From assembly GCA_903892515.1 (NCBI GenBank), contig CAITIS010000067.1:1347-65346 (forward strand): DNA of 64,000 nucleotides, read 5' to 3'. Below are positions 8,604-17,838 of the stretch, one piece after another. A program made the translations under genes and the position numbers. The stretch comes from an uncultured Planctomycetota bacterium. Its GTDB lineage: Bacteria; Planctomycetota; Phycisphaerae; SM23-33. The notes under the pieces were generated by a model. The model was given only the letters and a program-made list of their open reading frames with translations, did not search any database and was not told the DNA's origin. How positions within the stretch are numbered: position 1 is the first letter of the stretch; each line of letters opens with the position of its first letter.

Positions 8604-9398
8604 ATGCCTCGAATTGCACGAATAGTGCTGCCAAACGTCCCTCACCTCGTCGGGCAGCGCGGCAACCGTGGCGAGAAGCTTTTCCCCGCCCCGGGCGACC
8701 GCGAGCTCTACCTTGAAATCCTCAACGAGAACCTCAAGGGCTGCGCGGTCAAGCTTTGGGCTTACCGGCTGGAGAATACCGAGGTCTTGCTGTTGCTGCA
8801 GCCGGCGGACCTGCACGGCATGGCCAAATGCCTGCGGAACGCCCACGGCCTGTATAGCCAGACCATCAACCGGCGAGTTACCGCCACAGGCCACCTCTTC
8901 CAGGGCCGGTTCTACAGTTGCCCCCTCGACGCCGAGTATGCGATGGAGGCGCTAAAGCACCTGGACCGCGCGACCGGCACCGCCCAGGCCTCGCGCCAGT
9001 GCCGCTTGCATCGTCTCGGCCAGCCGTCGGAAGGCCACGACGGAGTCTGCGCCTTCTGCGGCATGCTGGACGAGAGCATCCCCTACCCCAAGATGGCATC
9101 AGAACTGCCCCAGTGGCTCGCACGCCCGGCAGATCCGGCCATCGTGCGGGCTGTGCTGGGTCGGTTGCGCGTCGGCAAGCCTGCGGGCTCCCCCAGCTTC
9201 ATCAGGGAGGTCGAGGTGCTGACGGGGCTGAACCTGTCTCGCCGCCGCGGCCGGCCGAGAAAGCTGCTTGTGCAGGCGAGCGTGCCCGAAGTCATGCCGG
9301 CCAAGTCGCAGCCAGTCGTCGAAGTGCCGGAAACGCTGCCGACGGCGCCGCCTGTGGGCGTCTACATCGCACAGAATCCAAACGTGCCCATTTCGTGA
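8604..9398 (+). CDS. RAYT-like / IS200 (Y1 HUH-family) transposase homologue with degenerate HUH motif
   Basis: MPRIARIVLPNVPHLVGQRGNRGEKLF...YLEIL...AYRLENTEVLLLL...GHLFQGRFYS aligns to the RAYT/TnpA(IS200) N-terminus and Q-G-R-F block. The expected HvH is replaced by TEV. A REP hairpin lies 42 bp downstream. Confidence 0.65.
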   Translation: MPRIARIVLPNVPHLVGQRGNRGEKLFPAPGDRELYLEILNENLKGCAVKLWAYRLENTEVLLLLQPADLHGMAKCLRNAHGLYSQTINRRVTATGHLFQGRFYSCPLDAEYAMEALKHLDRATGTAQASRQCRLHRLGQPSEGHDGVCAFCGMLDESIPYPKMASELPQWLARPADPAIVRAVLGRLRVGKPAGSPSFIREVEVLTGLNLSRRRGRPRKLLVQASVPEVMPAKSQPVVEVPETLPTAPPVGVYIAQNPNVPIS

Positions 9399-9439
9399 CT
9401 TCGTTTCCAGGGATGAGTTTCTAGAACCGATATGCCTTC

Positions 9440-9480
9440 GTGGCACAGCCGCCCTCGGCTGTGGATGTGGCGGTCATATC
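9440..9480 (+). repeat. REP-like palindromic element (family 1): GTGGCACAGCCG-CCCT-CGGCTGTGG plus conserved 3' flank
   Basis: 8-9 bp stem, 4-nt loop. Same 25-mer at 43089-43113 (+) and 17839-17863 (inverted). Extended flank conserved: aTGTgGCGGtCAtAT versus cTGTtGCGGcCAcAT. Confidence 0.75.
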
Positions 9481-9592
9481 CGGTGTCTTCTCACGCGGTT
9501 GCACGCCCGAGGGCGGACGCACCACGCCGACGACGCAGTTCCCGGCCACGGGCTGCGGCCCAGTCAAACCCCCTCACTTTGCAGCTACCGTC

Positions 9593-9621
9593 TTGACAGC
9601 TTTGCCCGCTGTAGATAGAAA
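9593..9621 (+). promoter_or_regulatory. Sigma70-like promoter candidate for pckG: TTGACA-N17-TAGAAA
   Basis: TTGACA at 9593-9598, 17-nt spacer, TAGAAA at 9616-9621. AGGAG RBS precedes the ATG at 9663. Confidence 0.4.
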
Positions 9622-9662
9622 GGTGCGACTAACTAGAACGTAACATTCACAGGAGCAGGGAC

Positions 9663-11528
9663 ATGACCCAGTACGCTGAGTTGTTCGCCTCGAAGCTGGA
9701 CAAGATCAGTCTCGAAAAGCTGCTGGCGTTGAAGAACGCCAAGCTCGAATCATTCCTGGCCGACGCCATTGAACTCTGCCAGCCCGCCAAGGTGGTAGTC
9801 TTCGACGACTCCCAGGCCGATATTGCGCGAATTCGCCAGTTGGCGTTGGAGAATCACGAAGAGGCCCCGCTCAGCACGCCCGGCCACACGATCCACTTCG
9901 ACAGCGCCAGCGACCTGGCCCGCGACCCCAAGGCCACCAAGTACCTGCTGCCTCCCGGCGTGACGCTGGGCAAGAGCCTCAACGCCACCGGCCGAGAGGA
10001 AGGCCTGGCTGAAATCCGCGGCTATCTCAAGGGCAGCATGAAGGATCGCACGATGATCCTGTGCTTCCTGAGCCTGGGCCCGACCGAGTCGCAGTTCTCC
10101 ATCCCGTGCGCCCAGATCACCGATTCGGGCTACGTCGCCCACAGCGAAATGCTGCTCTACCGCCCCGGCTACGCGCAGTTCCGGCGGATTTCCGGCAGCG
10201 GCGATTTCTTCCGCTTCCTGCACAGTGCCGGCCGGGTCGGGCCTGACCTGACCAGCATCGACCACGACAAGCGCCGCATCTACATCGACATCGCCGAGGA
10301 CATGGTCTACACCGTCAACACGCAGTACGCCGGCAACACGGTGGGCCTGAAGAAGCTGGCCTTGCGTCTGGCCATTCGCAAAGCCGACCGGGAAGGCTGG
10401 CTGGCTGAGCACATGTTCCTGATGGGCGTCAAGGGCCCCAATGGCCGGAAGACGTACTTCTCCGGTGCGTACCCTTCGGCCTGCGGCAAGACCTCCACGG
10501 CCATGGTTCCGGGCGAAACAATCATTGGCGACGACCTGGCCTACTTCAAGATCATCGACGGTCAGATTCGCGCCGCCAACGTGGAAAAGGGCATCTTCGG
10601 CATCGTCGAGGACGTCAACGCCAAAGACGACCCGGTGATCTGGAACGTCCTGAACAACCCCGGCGAGGTGATCTTCTCCAACGTGCTGGTCAAGGACGGC
10701 AAGCCGTACTGGGCCGGCATGGGCGTGCCGACGCCGACCGAAGGCAAGAACAGCCACGGCCAGTGGACGCAGGGCAAGATTGGCCCCAACGGCAAAGTCA
10801 TCCCGATTTCCGACAAGAACGCCCGCTACACGATCTCGCTGAGCTACCTGGCCAACCTGGACGAGCAGGCCAATAACCCCAAGGGCGTGGCGATCGAGGG
10901 CATCTTCTACGGCGGACGCGACAGCGACACGTGGGTGCCGGTGCAGGAGAGCTTCGACTGGGCTCACGGCATCGTCTGCTACGGCGCGTCGCTGGAGAGC
11001 GAAAGCACCGGCGCCACGATTGGCGCCACCGGCGTTCGCAACTTCGACGTGATGAGCATTCTGCAGTTCCTGGCCATTCCGGTGGGCAAGTACGTGCAGA
11101 ACAACCTCGACTTCGGCAAGACGGTCAAGCGGCCAAGGATCTTCGCGACGAATTACTTCCTCAAGAACAAGCAAGGCCAGTACCTCAACGGCAAGCTGGA
11201 CAAGTCCGTGTGGATCAAGTGGGCGGAGATGCGCGTGCATGGCGACGCCGATGCCATCGAGGGCCCGACCGGCAATCTGCCCAAGTACGAAGACCTGGCC
11301 AAGCTGTTCAAGCAGGTTCTCAAGAAGGATTACACTAGGCAGCAGTACGTCGAGCAGTTCACGGTGCGGATCCCAGAGAACCTGGCCAAGCTCGACCGCA
11401 TCGAGAAGGTATACCGCGAGATCACTGACACGCCGGCGGAGGTCTTCAAGAACCTGTCGGCTCAGCGGCAGCGGCTGCTGGAATTGCAGAAGGCCAAGGG
11501 CGACCACGTCAGCCCGATGGACCTGTAA
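9663..11528 (+). CDS. pckG: Phosphoenolpyruvate carboxykinase (GTP)
   Basis: Kinase-1a motif YPSACGKTS. Matches GTP-PEPCK family blocks across the full 621-aa length. Confidence 0.92.
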   Translation: MTQYAELFASKLDKISLEKLLALKNAKLESFLADAIELCQPAKVVVFDDSQADIARIRQLALENHEEAPLSTPGHTIHFDSASDLARDPKATKYLLPPGVTLGKSLNATGREEGLAEIRGYLKGSMKDRTMILCFLSLGPTESQFSIPCAQITDSGYVAHSEMLLYRPGYAQFRRISGSGDFFRFLHSAGRVGPDLTSIDHDKRRIYIDIAEDMVYTVNTQYAGNTVGLKKLALRLAIRKADREGWLAEHMFLMGVKGPNGRKTYFSGAYPSACGKTSTAMVPGETIIGDDLAYFKIIDGQIRAANVEKGIFGIVEDVNAKDDPVIWNVLNNPGEVIFSNVLVKDGKPYWAGMGVPTPTEGKNSHGQWTQGKIGPNGKVIPISDKNARYTISLSYLANLDEQANNPKGVAIEGIFYGGRDSDTWVPVQESFDWAHGIVCYGASLESESTGATIGATGVRNFDVMSILQFLAIPVGKYVQNNLDFGKTVKRPRIFATNYFLKNKQGQYLNGKLDKSVWIKWAEMRVHGDADAIEGPTGNLPKYEDLAKLFKQVLKKDYTRQQYVEQFTVRIPENLAKLDRIEKVYREITDTPAEVFKNLSAQRQRLLELQKAKGDHVSPMDL

Positions 11529-11545
11529 AAACCACTACGAAGAAA

Positions 11546-11578
11546 CGCGGCGGCTCGATGTGAGCCGCCGCGTCTTTC
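11546..11578. terminator. Bidirectional rho-independent terminator between pckG (+) and the cytochrome gene (-)
   Basis: gcggcggctc-gatgt-gagccgccgc followed by gtctttct. Confidence 0.6.
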
Positions 11579-11610
11579 TAACTACTTCGCGCACTTCTTG
11601 CTTGCCAGAA

Positions 11611-14130
11611 TCAGTCGTCTCTACTGCCCGATGATCGGCCGCTTCCCGTGCCCGTCCCGCCGCCTGCTGCGGATGACCCCAGTGCCGTTGCGATGGCCTG
11701 GGCCTGGGTCGAAGTCAGCGAGATGCCCCTCATGGCCGATACGCTGCTGATGGCCGAAGTGATCTGCGACGCGCTGCTTCCGCGCACGCTCGATGACGCC
11801 AGAGCACGGTGACAGGAGGCACAGGTGCTCGCATACAGGCTGGCACCGTCAGTGGTTGTTGTTCCGCCGCCAGTGGTGCCGCCGCCAGTCGTTCCGCCAC
11901 CCGTGCTGGACGTTCCCAGTGCGGTTGCGATGGCCTGGACTTGCGCCGCGGTCAGCGAGGAAAGGCTCCTCATGCCCGAGACGCTGCTGATGGCCGAAGT
12001 GATCTGCGACGCTGTGCGCCCACGCTTGGCGGAGGAAGCCAGCGCCCCGTGACAAGAGGCACAATCACTGGCATACAGCGTGGCCCCGTCGGTGGTTGTC
12101 GTCCCGCCACCAGTGGTCCCGCCGCCCGTGCCGGACGTTCCCAGCGCCGTGGCGATGGCTTGGATTTGCGTCGCGGTCAGCGTCGAAAGGCTCCTCATGC
12201 CCGAGACGCTGCTGATGGCCGAAGTGATCTGCGACGCCGTGCGCCCACGCTTGGCGGAGGAAGCCAGCGCCCCGTGACAAGAGGCACAATCACTGGCATA
12301 CAGCGTGGCCCCGTCGGTGGTTGTCGTTCCGCCACCAGTGGTGCCGCCGCCGGTCGTCCCACTGACGCCAGTGTGGGGTGGCATCTGGCCTACACGTCCG
12401 TCGGTGTGACACACCTGGCAGTGGTTCTGCCCCAGTGGCCGATTCGTGCCCTGTAGCGCCATGACCTGCTGATTGTCAACGGCCTGCATCGAAGGATACC
12501 ACGAGTGCGGGCTGTTGTGGCAGGCCGCACAGTGCAGACCGCCGTGCCCGGTGGCCTGGCGGAAGAGTTGCGTGCCCGTGTCGAACTGGCTGCCGTGGCA
12601 CTGAGAGCACTTGGGCTCTTGCAGCCACGCTTGCCGGCCATTCTTCAGGCCCGTGGCCATAGCCGTCAGATCGCCGTGACAGGTATCGCACTTGGGATCG
12701 GTGCCCACCGGCCCCATGCCCGGCAGAGTGCTGCGGTTGCACTGGGTCTTGGCGCCGGGATGACAATCGTAGCAGGCCGGCTGGACCGCGATGGTGCTGT
12801 GCTTGTCGTGCATCGACTGCGATAGCGACGGCACGCCGGTCATGCCAGCCATCTTCAGGGCGTTGTCCTGGTGGCACTTGGAGCACAGCACAGGCCGGCT
12901 GGCCATGAGCGTGGTGCCGTGGGTACGGTCGTGCAGGGTCAGGATGTTCGACTCCACCGTCCCGTTGAGCCCCACTGCTGCCACCGCGCCGGGGGCGTGG
13001 CACTTCTGGCAGTTCATCTCATCGGAGGTGGGAATAACAACCTTGGCCGTGTTGCCGGCGCTGAGTTTGACCGTGGCCACCTGCAATGGATTCCACACCT
13101 TCTGATCGTTGTACGGTGTAATGGGAATTCCGCTGGCCTCGAAGATGCCGCCGGCGATCGGCACGGCCGAGCCGCTGAGCTTGTTGCCCGTCAGGCCCGT
13201 GTCCGGCGCCAGGGCCACGCCAAAGAGCTGCTGGGCGTAAGTCCAGAAGTCAATCTTGTTCGAGGACGTGGTGTTGCCGTCGATGGAATAGGTAACCGTT
13301 ACTCCGCTGGTGATCACCTGCGGCTCGGCCGCCCGCCCGATGACCTGCACATGGAGGTCATTGTACGGCGGCAGAACGCATAGTTCGGCCGAGCGAGAGC
13401 TGAAGCAGTGCATGCCCAGGTCATTCCAGCCGATCATCATGTACGTGCCTGCGGCACCGGTGCTGCCAGTGCCACCTTCGCCGTCATCACTCCCGCTCGT
13501 CGTCCCGCCCGTGCCTGTGCCGCCAGTACCTGTGCTGGCCGTGCCCAAGGCCGTGGCAATAGCTTGGATTTGCGTGGAAGTCAGCGAAAGGTTCCTCATG
13601 GCCGAGATGCTGCTGATGGCCGAAGTGATCTGCGAGGCGGTGCGCCCGCGTTTGGAAGAGGAGGCAATCGCGCCGTGACACGAGGCGCAATCGCTGGCAT
13701 AGAGCGTGGCCCCGTCCGTGGCGGTGGTTCCGCCGCCGGTAGTGCCGCCACCAGTGGTCGTTCCGCCCCCCGTGGTTCCGCCGCCGGTCGTCGTGCCGGA
13801 CGTGCCCAAGGCCGTGGCAATGGCCTGGACTTGCGTGGAGGTCAGCGATGAAAGCCCGCGCATGCCCGAGACGCTGCTGATGGCCGAAGTGATCTGGGAG
13901 GCGCTGCGCCCGCGCTTCGAGGAGGACGCCAGGGCCCCGTGACAAGAGGCACAATCGCTGGCGTACAATGTCGCCCCGTCCGTGGCCGTGGCTCCACCCC
14001 CAGTCGTCCCCCCGCTCTGCTGGGCCGATGCCGTACACGGCCAGCCGATCACCGACCATCCCGCCAGCGCCATCAGCGCCAGCAACATCATCGTTGTCCT
14101 TCTGTTCATGACAATTGCCTTTCCATGCAT
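11611..14130 (-). CDS. Modular multiheme cytochrome c: 12 CxxCH motifs arranged as 2 mono-haem class-I cyt c modules, a 7-haem core, then 3 mono-haem modules, joined by Gly/Thr linkers
   Basis: Signal peptide MNRRTTMMLLALMALAGWSVIGWP (probable true start at 14109). Repeated module DGATLYASDCASCHGALASSSKRGRSASQITSAISSVSGMRGLS.LTSTQ.QAIATALG x5. Core contains CQKCH, CSKCH, CYDCH, CDTCH, CSQCH, CAACH, CQVCH. Confidence 0.8.
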   Translation of the reverse strand: MHGKAIVMNRRTTMMLLALMALAGWSVIGWPCTASAQQSGGTTGGGATATDGATLYASDCASCHGALASSSKRGRSASQITSAISSVSGMRGLSSLTSTQVQAIATALGTSGTTTGGGTTGGGTTTGGGTTGGGTTATDGATLYASDCASCHGAIASSSKRGRTASQITSAISSISAMRNLSLTSTQIQAIATALGTASTGTGGTGTGGTTSGSDDGEGGTGSTGAAGTYMMIGWNDLGMHCFSSRSAELCVLPPYNDLHVQVIGRAAEPQVITSGVTVTYSIDGNTTSSNKIDFWTYAQQLFGVALAPDTGLTGNKLSGSAVPIAGGIFEASGIPITPYNDQKVWNPLQVATVKLSAGNTAKVVIPTSDEMNCQKCHAPGAVAAVGLNGTVESNILTLHDRTHGTTLMASRPVLCSKCHQDNALKMAGMTGVPSLSQSMHDKHSTIAVQPACYDCHPGAKTQCNRSTLPGMGPVGTDPKCDTCHGDLTAMATGLKNGRQAWLQEPKCSQCHGSQFDTGTQLFRQATGHGGLHCAACHNSPHSWYPSMQAVDNQQVMALQGTNRPLGQNHCQVCHTDGRVGQMPPHTGVSGTTGGGTTGGGTTTTDGATLYASDCASCHGALASSAKRGRTASQITSAISSVSGMRSLSTLTATQIQAIATALGTSGTGGGTTGGGTTTTDGATLYASDCASCHGALASSAKRGRTASQITSAISSVSGMRSLSSLTAAQVQAIATALGTSSTGGGTTGGGTTGGGTTTTDGASLYASTCASCHRALASSSVRGSSASQITSAISSVSAMRGISLTSTQAQAIATALGSSAAGGGTGTGSGRSSGSRDD

Positions 14131-14456
14131 ACGTCAATGTTCTGATACACCCCCCTGAAAGGAGGGAAACAATGTCGGGAGACACCTCGTGCGTTCGCGG
14201 CCTGGTGGTCGTCAGATGCATCGCCCTGCGCAGGGATACACATGGCAAGAGCGAAGCGGCCAGCATGAGACAGAGGCACTATCACAGTGTGATATGATAC
14301 GAAACTCCCCGGGGGTCGGATCAAGAAATCCTTCAGGCCCGAGTAGTGCTCGGCCCCGAGGCTTCGGGGACAGAACGCCAGTGGTTGTCCGTCAGAAGAG
14401 CAACGCCGAGACGCTACGTCTATAAGCAGCGCCCCAGAATGCGGTTAGGCCGGAGG

Positions 14457-14723
14457 CTACAGAACCATGACGACCAGGCCGTGGGCCTTGAGGCGGGTAA
14501 ACAGGCCGCGACGGGTCTTCTCGTCGGGCACAATTACTTTCAGCAAGGCTGAACAATACTTCCCGCCTTTGCTGATGTTGGACGCGTCGAGTTCGTACTC
14601 CTTTCCCGCCATCACCTCGGTCACAGCCTGCTCGATGTCGTGCTGGCTGGCGCCGATTATCTTGTATTCCCACAGACAGGGGTAAGTCAGCTCAGGTTTG
14701 TCGTCTTGGCCAAAGGTCATCAT
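14457..14723 (-). CDS. DUF493/YbeD-family protein
   Basis: MMTFGQDDKPELTYPCLWEYKIIG...GLVVMVL resembles the YbeD N-terminal and C-terminal (VRMVL) blocks. Start taken at the MMTF ATG. Confidence 0.65.
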   Translation of the reverse strand: MMTFGQDDKPELTYPCLWEYKIIGASQHDIEQAVTEVMAGKEYELDASNISKGGKYCSALLKVIVPDEKTRRGLFTRLKAHGLVVMVL

Positions 14724-14795
14724 TGTCTTCCTACGTTGGCTCGTGCGCGCCAGTTGCCATCGCACACGGCCAGATAAGGGCTTATAATCCTACGC

Positions 14796-15944
14796 GTGAG
14801 TTTACAGGACAATGCATTCATGCTCCAGGCCCTGGAGTTGGCGGCAATGGGCCGCGGCGCGGTCGAACCCAACCCGATGGTCGGCGCTGTCATCGTCAGA
14901 GATGGCGCCGTGCTGGGTGAGGGGTTCCATCACCGTTTCGGCGGGCCGCACGCGGAAGTCGAAGCCATCGCCGACGCTCGCCGGGCCGGGCATAACCTGG
15001 CCGGGGCCACCATGTACGTTACGCTGGAGCCCTGCTGCCATTACGGCAAGACGCCGCCCTGCACGCAGGCGGTCATCGCCTCGGGCGTCACCCGCGTGGT
15101 CGTGGCCATGCAGGATCCCGACGAGCGCGTGAGTGGCCAGGGCCTGGCTGAATTGCGCTCCGCCGGCATCGAGGTGGTCGCGGGCGTGCAGGAACAATCG
15201 GCCTGGCGACTGCTGGGGGCCTACATCAAGTTGCGGACAAAGCGTCGCCCCTGGGTCATCTGCAAGTGGGCCCAAAGCCTGGACGGCAAGATCGCCCCCG
15301 CCAGCCGACAGAGCAAGTGGATCACCGGCGAACTGGCCCGAGCGAGAGCCCATCAACTCCGCAGCCAGTGCCAGGGCGTATGCGTCGGTGTGGGAACCGT
15401 CCTGGCCGACGATCCCCTGCTGACCAACCGCAGCGGCGCAGGCCGACAGCCGACGCGGCTGGTGCTAGACGCAAGGCTGCGAACGCCGAGCGAGTCTCAA
15501 CTTCTCCGCACTGCCGGCGAAGTGCCCCTGATCGTGGCCACGGGCCCAGGGGCTTCGCCGGCCCAGGCCGACGCCATCCAACGCGCCGGTGGTGAGGTGC
15601 TAAGACTAAATGAGCAGGCCGGCGAACTTGACCTAGGACAGCTTCTGGATGAACTGGGCCGCCGGCAGTGGACGCGTCTGCTTGTCGAAGGCGGCCAGGC
15701 TGTGCTGCGGTCATTCTTGCGGCAGCAGTTGGCGGATGAACTGGCCATCTTCATTGCCCCGTGCATGATCGGTTCTGACGGGCTGAGCGTCATGGACTGG
15801 CTTCACGCCGAGCAGATGTCGCAGGCACTCCGCCTGCCGCTTGCGGAGACCGAACGACTGGGACCCGACCTGCTGCTGCGATTCCGGTTGGATGTAATTA
15901 GCAGGGATACATGGGATGCACGGGATGAAGAGATTTGTGATTGA
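14796..15944 (+). CDS. ribD: Bifunctional riboflavin biosynthesis protein RibD (pyrimidine deaminase / reductase)
   Basis: CDA zinc motif HAEVEAI...PCCHYGKTPPC. C-terminal RibD_C reductase domain. Confidence 0.9.
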   Translation: MSLQDNAFMLQALELAAMGRGAVEPNPMVGAVIVRDGAVLGEGFHHRFGGPHAEVEAIADARRAGHNLAGATMYVTLEPCCHYGKTPPCTQAVIASGVTRVVVAMQDPDERVSGQGLAELRSAGIEVVAGVQEQSAWRLLGAYIKLRTKRRPWVICKWAQSLDGKIAPASRQSKWITGELARARAHQLRSQCQGVCVGVGTVLADDPLLTNRSGAGRQPTRLVLDARLRTPSESQLLRTAGEVPLIVATGPGASPAQADAIQRAGGEVLRLNEQAGELDLGQLLDELGRRQWTRLLVEGGQAVLRSFLRQQLADELAIFIAPCMIGSDGLSVMDWLHAEQMSQALRLPLAETERLGPDLLLRFRLDVISRDTWDARDEEICD

Positions 15945-16084
15945 AAGTTTTTGATTGGGGATTGGGCCGCATCAAGCAAGCTCACTGGCGAAACTATCGC
16001 GAACAGCGCTTGCCAATCAACGCTTTCCAATCAAAGATATCCTGCATCCCTGCTGATTGTTGGAACTATGGAAAGGTACTGAGT

Positions 16085-17098
16085 ATGCCGCTTCGACTGG
16101 CGTTTGCGGGATTTCGTCACGGGCACATTCTGAGTCTGTATGGCTTGGCCAAGTCGCATCCGGGCGTTACGGTCGTTGCCGCCTGCGAGGAGCATGCTCC
16201 TTCGCGGGTCGAGCTGGAGACCGCGGGCAAGGTGCAGTTTACGCACGCCACGTACGACGAGATGTTCGCCTCCGAGTTCGACGCCGTGGCCGTGGGCGAC
16301 TACTATGGCCGGCGCGGCGAGATCATCCTGCGCAGCCTGCGCGCCGGCAAGCACGTCATTGCCGATAAGCCCGTCTGTACCAGCCTGAAGGAGCTCGACG
16401 CCATCGCCAAGCTTCTCGGGCAGGAGCATCTCTGCCTGGGCTGCCAACTGAGCCTGCGTGGCGACCGCAACTTCCTGGCCCTGCGCGAGCTGATCCGCTC
16501 CGGCCGGCTGGGCGATATCCACACCGTCAACTTCACCGGCCAGCATCCGCTGTACTTCGGCCAGCGGCCCGTGTGGTACTTCGAGCCCGGCAAGCACGGC
16601 GGAACCATCAACGACATCGGCATCCACGGCATCGACGCCATCGGCTGGCTGACGGGCCGCAAAGTAGTGTCGATCGTCTCAGCTCGCGCCTGGAACGCCC
16701 GGCTGGAACAGGCCGAACAATTCCAGGATGCCGCCCAGTTCATGCTCAAGCTGGACAACAAGGGCGGCGTGCTGGCCGACGTGTCGTATCTCGCGCCGGA
16801 CTCAGTGGGCTACCAGGCCCCGCAGTATTGGCGGTACACCGTTCACGGCACTAATGGCATGGCGGAAGCGAACCTGGCCAGCGAGGGCGTGACCTACGCC
16901 ACGAACGAGAGCGACCAGATGCAGCACCTCCCGCCGGCCCAGCCGACGCCTAGCAGCTACCTGGACAGCTTCCTGGCGGAGATCGCCGGCCAGACCGAGG
17001 GCCTGACGCTGACCACGCAGGAAGTCTTGGAATCCAGCCGGGTGACGCTGCTGGCCCAGCACGCGGCCGACGCGCACATGCACGATTTGAAGGTGTAA
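16085..17098 (+). CDS. Gfo/Idh/MocA-family NAD(P)-dependent oxidoreductase
   Basis: MPLRLAFAGFRHGH...EKP motif (HVIADKPVC). True ATG at 16085 with GGAAAGG RBS, inside the longer listed ORF. Confidence 0.8.
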   Translation: MPLRLAFAGFRHGHILSLYGLAKSHPGVTVVAACEEHAPSRVELETAGKVQFTHATYDEMFASEFDAVAVGDYYGRRGEIILRSLRAGKHVIADKPVCTSLKELDAIAKLLGQEHLCLGCQLSLRGDRNFLALRELIRSGRLGDIHTVNFTGQHPLYFGQRPVWYFEPGKHGGTINDIGIHGIDAIGWLTGRKVVSIVSARAWNARLEQAEQFQDAAQFMLKLDNKGGVLADVSYLAPDSVGYQAPQYWRYTVHGTNGMAEANLASEGVTYATNESDQMQHLPPAQPTPSSYLDSFLAEIAGQTEGLTLTTQEVLESSRVTLLAQHAADAHMHDLKV

Positions 17099-17235
17099 AG
17101 AGCTTGGCGACAGGAGCAGGCTTGAAACCATGCTACAGGTGCTGTAACCGTAGCACGGGCGTCTCGCCCGTGACCACCTGACGCCGGAATGAAGAAGCTC
17201 GTGGGCGAGACGCCCATGCTACGTTTGAAACTGCT

Positions 17236-17727
17236 TTAGTACTGTTTCCGGCCCTTGACGCGCTGCATGTCGCGGTCGTGCTCGCGTTTCTGGATGGACT
17301 CCCGTTTGTCGAAGTCACGCTTGCCCGTGGCTGCGGCGATCTCGCACTTGGCCCAGCCATCCTTGAAGTAGATAGCCAGCGGGATCAGCGTGTGCCCCTT
17401 CTGGGCGACGTGCACCTTGAGCTGCTCGATCTGGCGTTTGTGCAGCAGCAGCCGGCGGTCGCGCAGCGGGTCGTGCTGCAACTGCCCCACCGCCTGCGGA
17501 TACACGGCGATATTCGCGCCGCATAAAAAGACTTGGTCGCCCCGCAGCATCGCGTACGCGCCGTCAAGGCTGGCGCTGCTGGAACGCAGGCTTTTGACTT
17601 CCGTGCCGGTTAACTCCATGCCGGCTTCGACTTTCTCAATGATGTGGTAATCGAAGTGCGCGCGGCGATTCCCGATCCGCGGCGTTCGCGGAGCCTGATC
17701 GTCCTGCTTGGCGCTCTTCTTGGCCAT
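17236..17727 (-). CDS. smpB: SsrA-binding protein SmpB
   Basis: IGNRRAHFDYHIIEKVEAGMELTGTEVKSLR...DGWAKCEIAAATGKRDFDKR. Start at the MAKK ATG at 17725-17727. Confidence 0.9.
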   Translation of the reverse strand: MAKKSAKQDDQAPRTPRIGNRRAHFDYHIIEKVEAGMELTGTEVKSLRSSSASLDGAYAMLRGDQVFLCGANIAVYPQAVGQLQHDPLRDRRLLLHKRQIEQLKVHVAQKGHTLIPLAIYFKDGWAKCEIAAATGKRDFDKRESIQKREHDRDMQRVKGRKQY

Positions 17728-17795
17728 GCGGTCATCATACAGCCGATGGGCTCGTCTGCCCAATGGGACTTTGCCGCAACTGGTTTCATAAGCGG

Positions 17796-17821
17796 CTCAC
17801 GTCCGCTCTCGGACGTGAGCC
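17796..17821. terminator. Hairpin gctcacgtccg-ctct-cggacgtgagc downstream of the hsp20 operon and upstream of smpB
   Basis: 11-bp perfect stem. No clear U-tract. Confidence 0.35.
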
Positions 17822-17838
17822 GCACGATGTCGCGAAAT

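Noticed and set aside
9440-9643. 67-aa ORF starting in the REP hairpin (MAQPPSAVDVAVISG...), and similar repeat-derived N-termini such as the one at 43058
   Set aside because: It is translated from REP or hairpin repeats, as is the related ...GTAALGCGCGGHI... peptide from another frame. This is a classic spurious repeat-encoded ORF.
11793-14324. Many 60-260-aa ORFs on both strands inside the cytochrome gene (e.g. 11809-12456, 13487-14266, duplicated 11849-12064 / 12065-12289)
   Set aside because: These are alternative frames and antisense of a high-GC, internally repeated coding region. The duplicated ORFs simply mirror the tandem mono-haem cassettes.
17099-17235. Possible ncRNA (e.g. tmRNA near smpB) in the 137-bp convergent spacer
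   Set aside because: The spacer contains a 13-bp stem (gggcgtctcgccc / gggcgagacgccc) with a long loop, consistent with a bidirectional terminator. It lacks tmRNA hallmarks (tRNA-like acceptor/T-arm, tag ORF).
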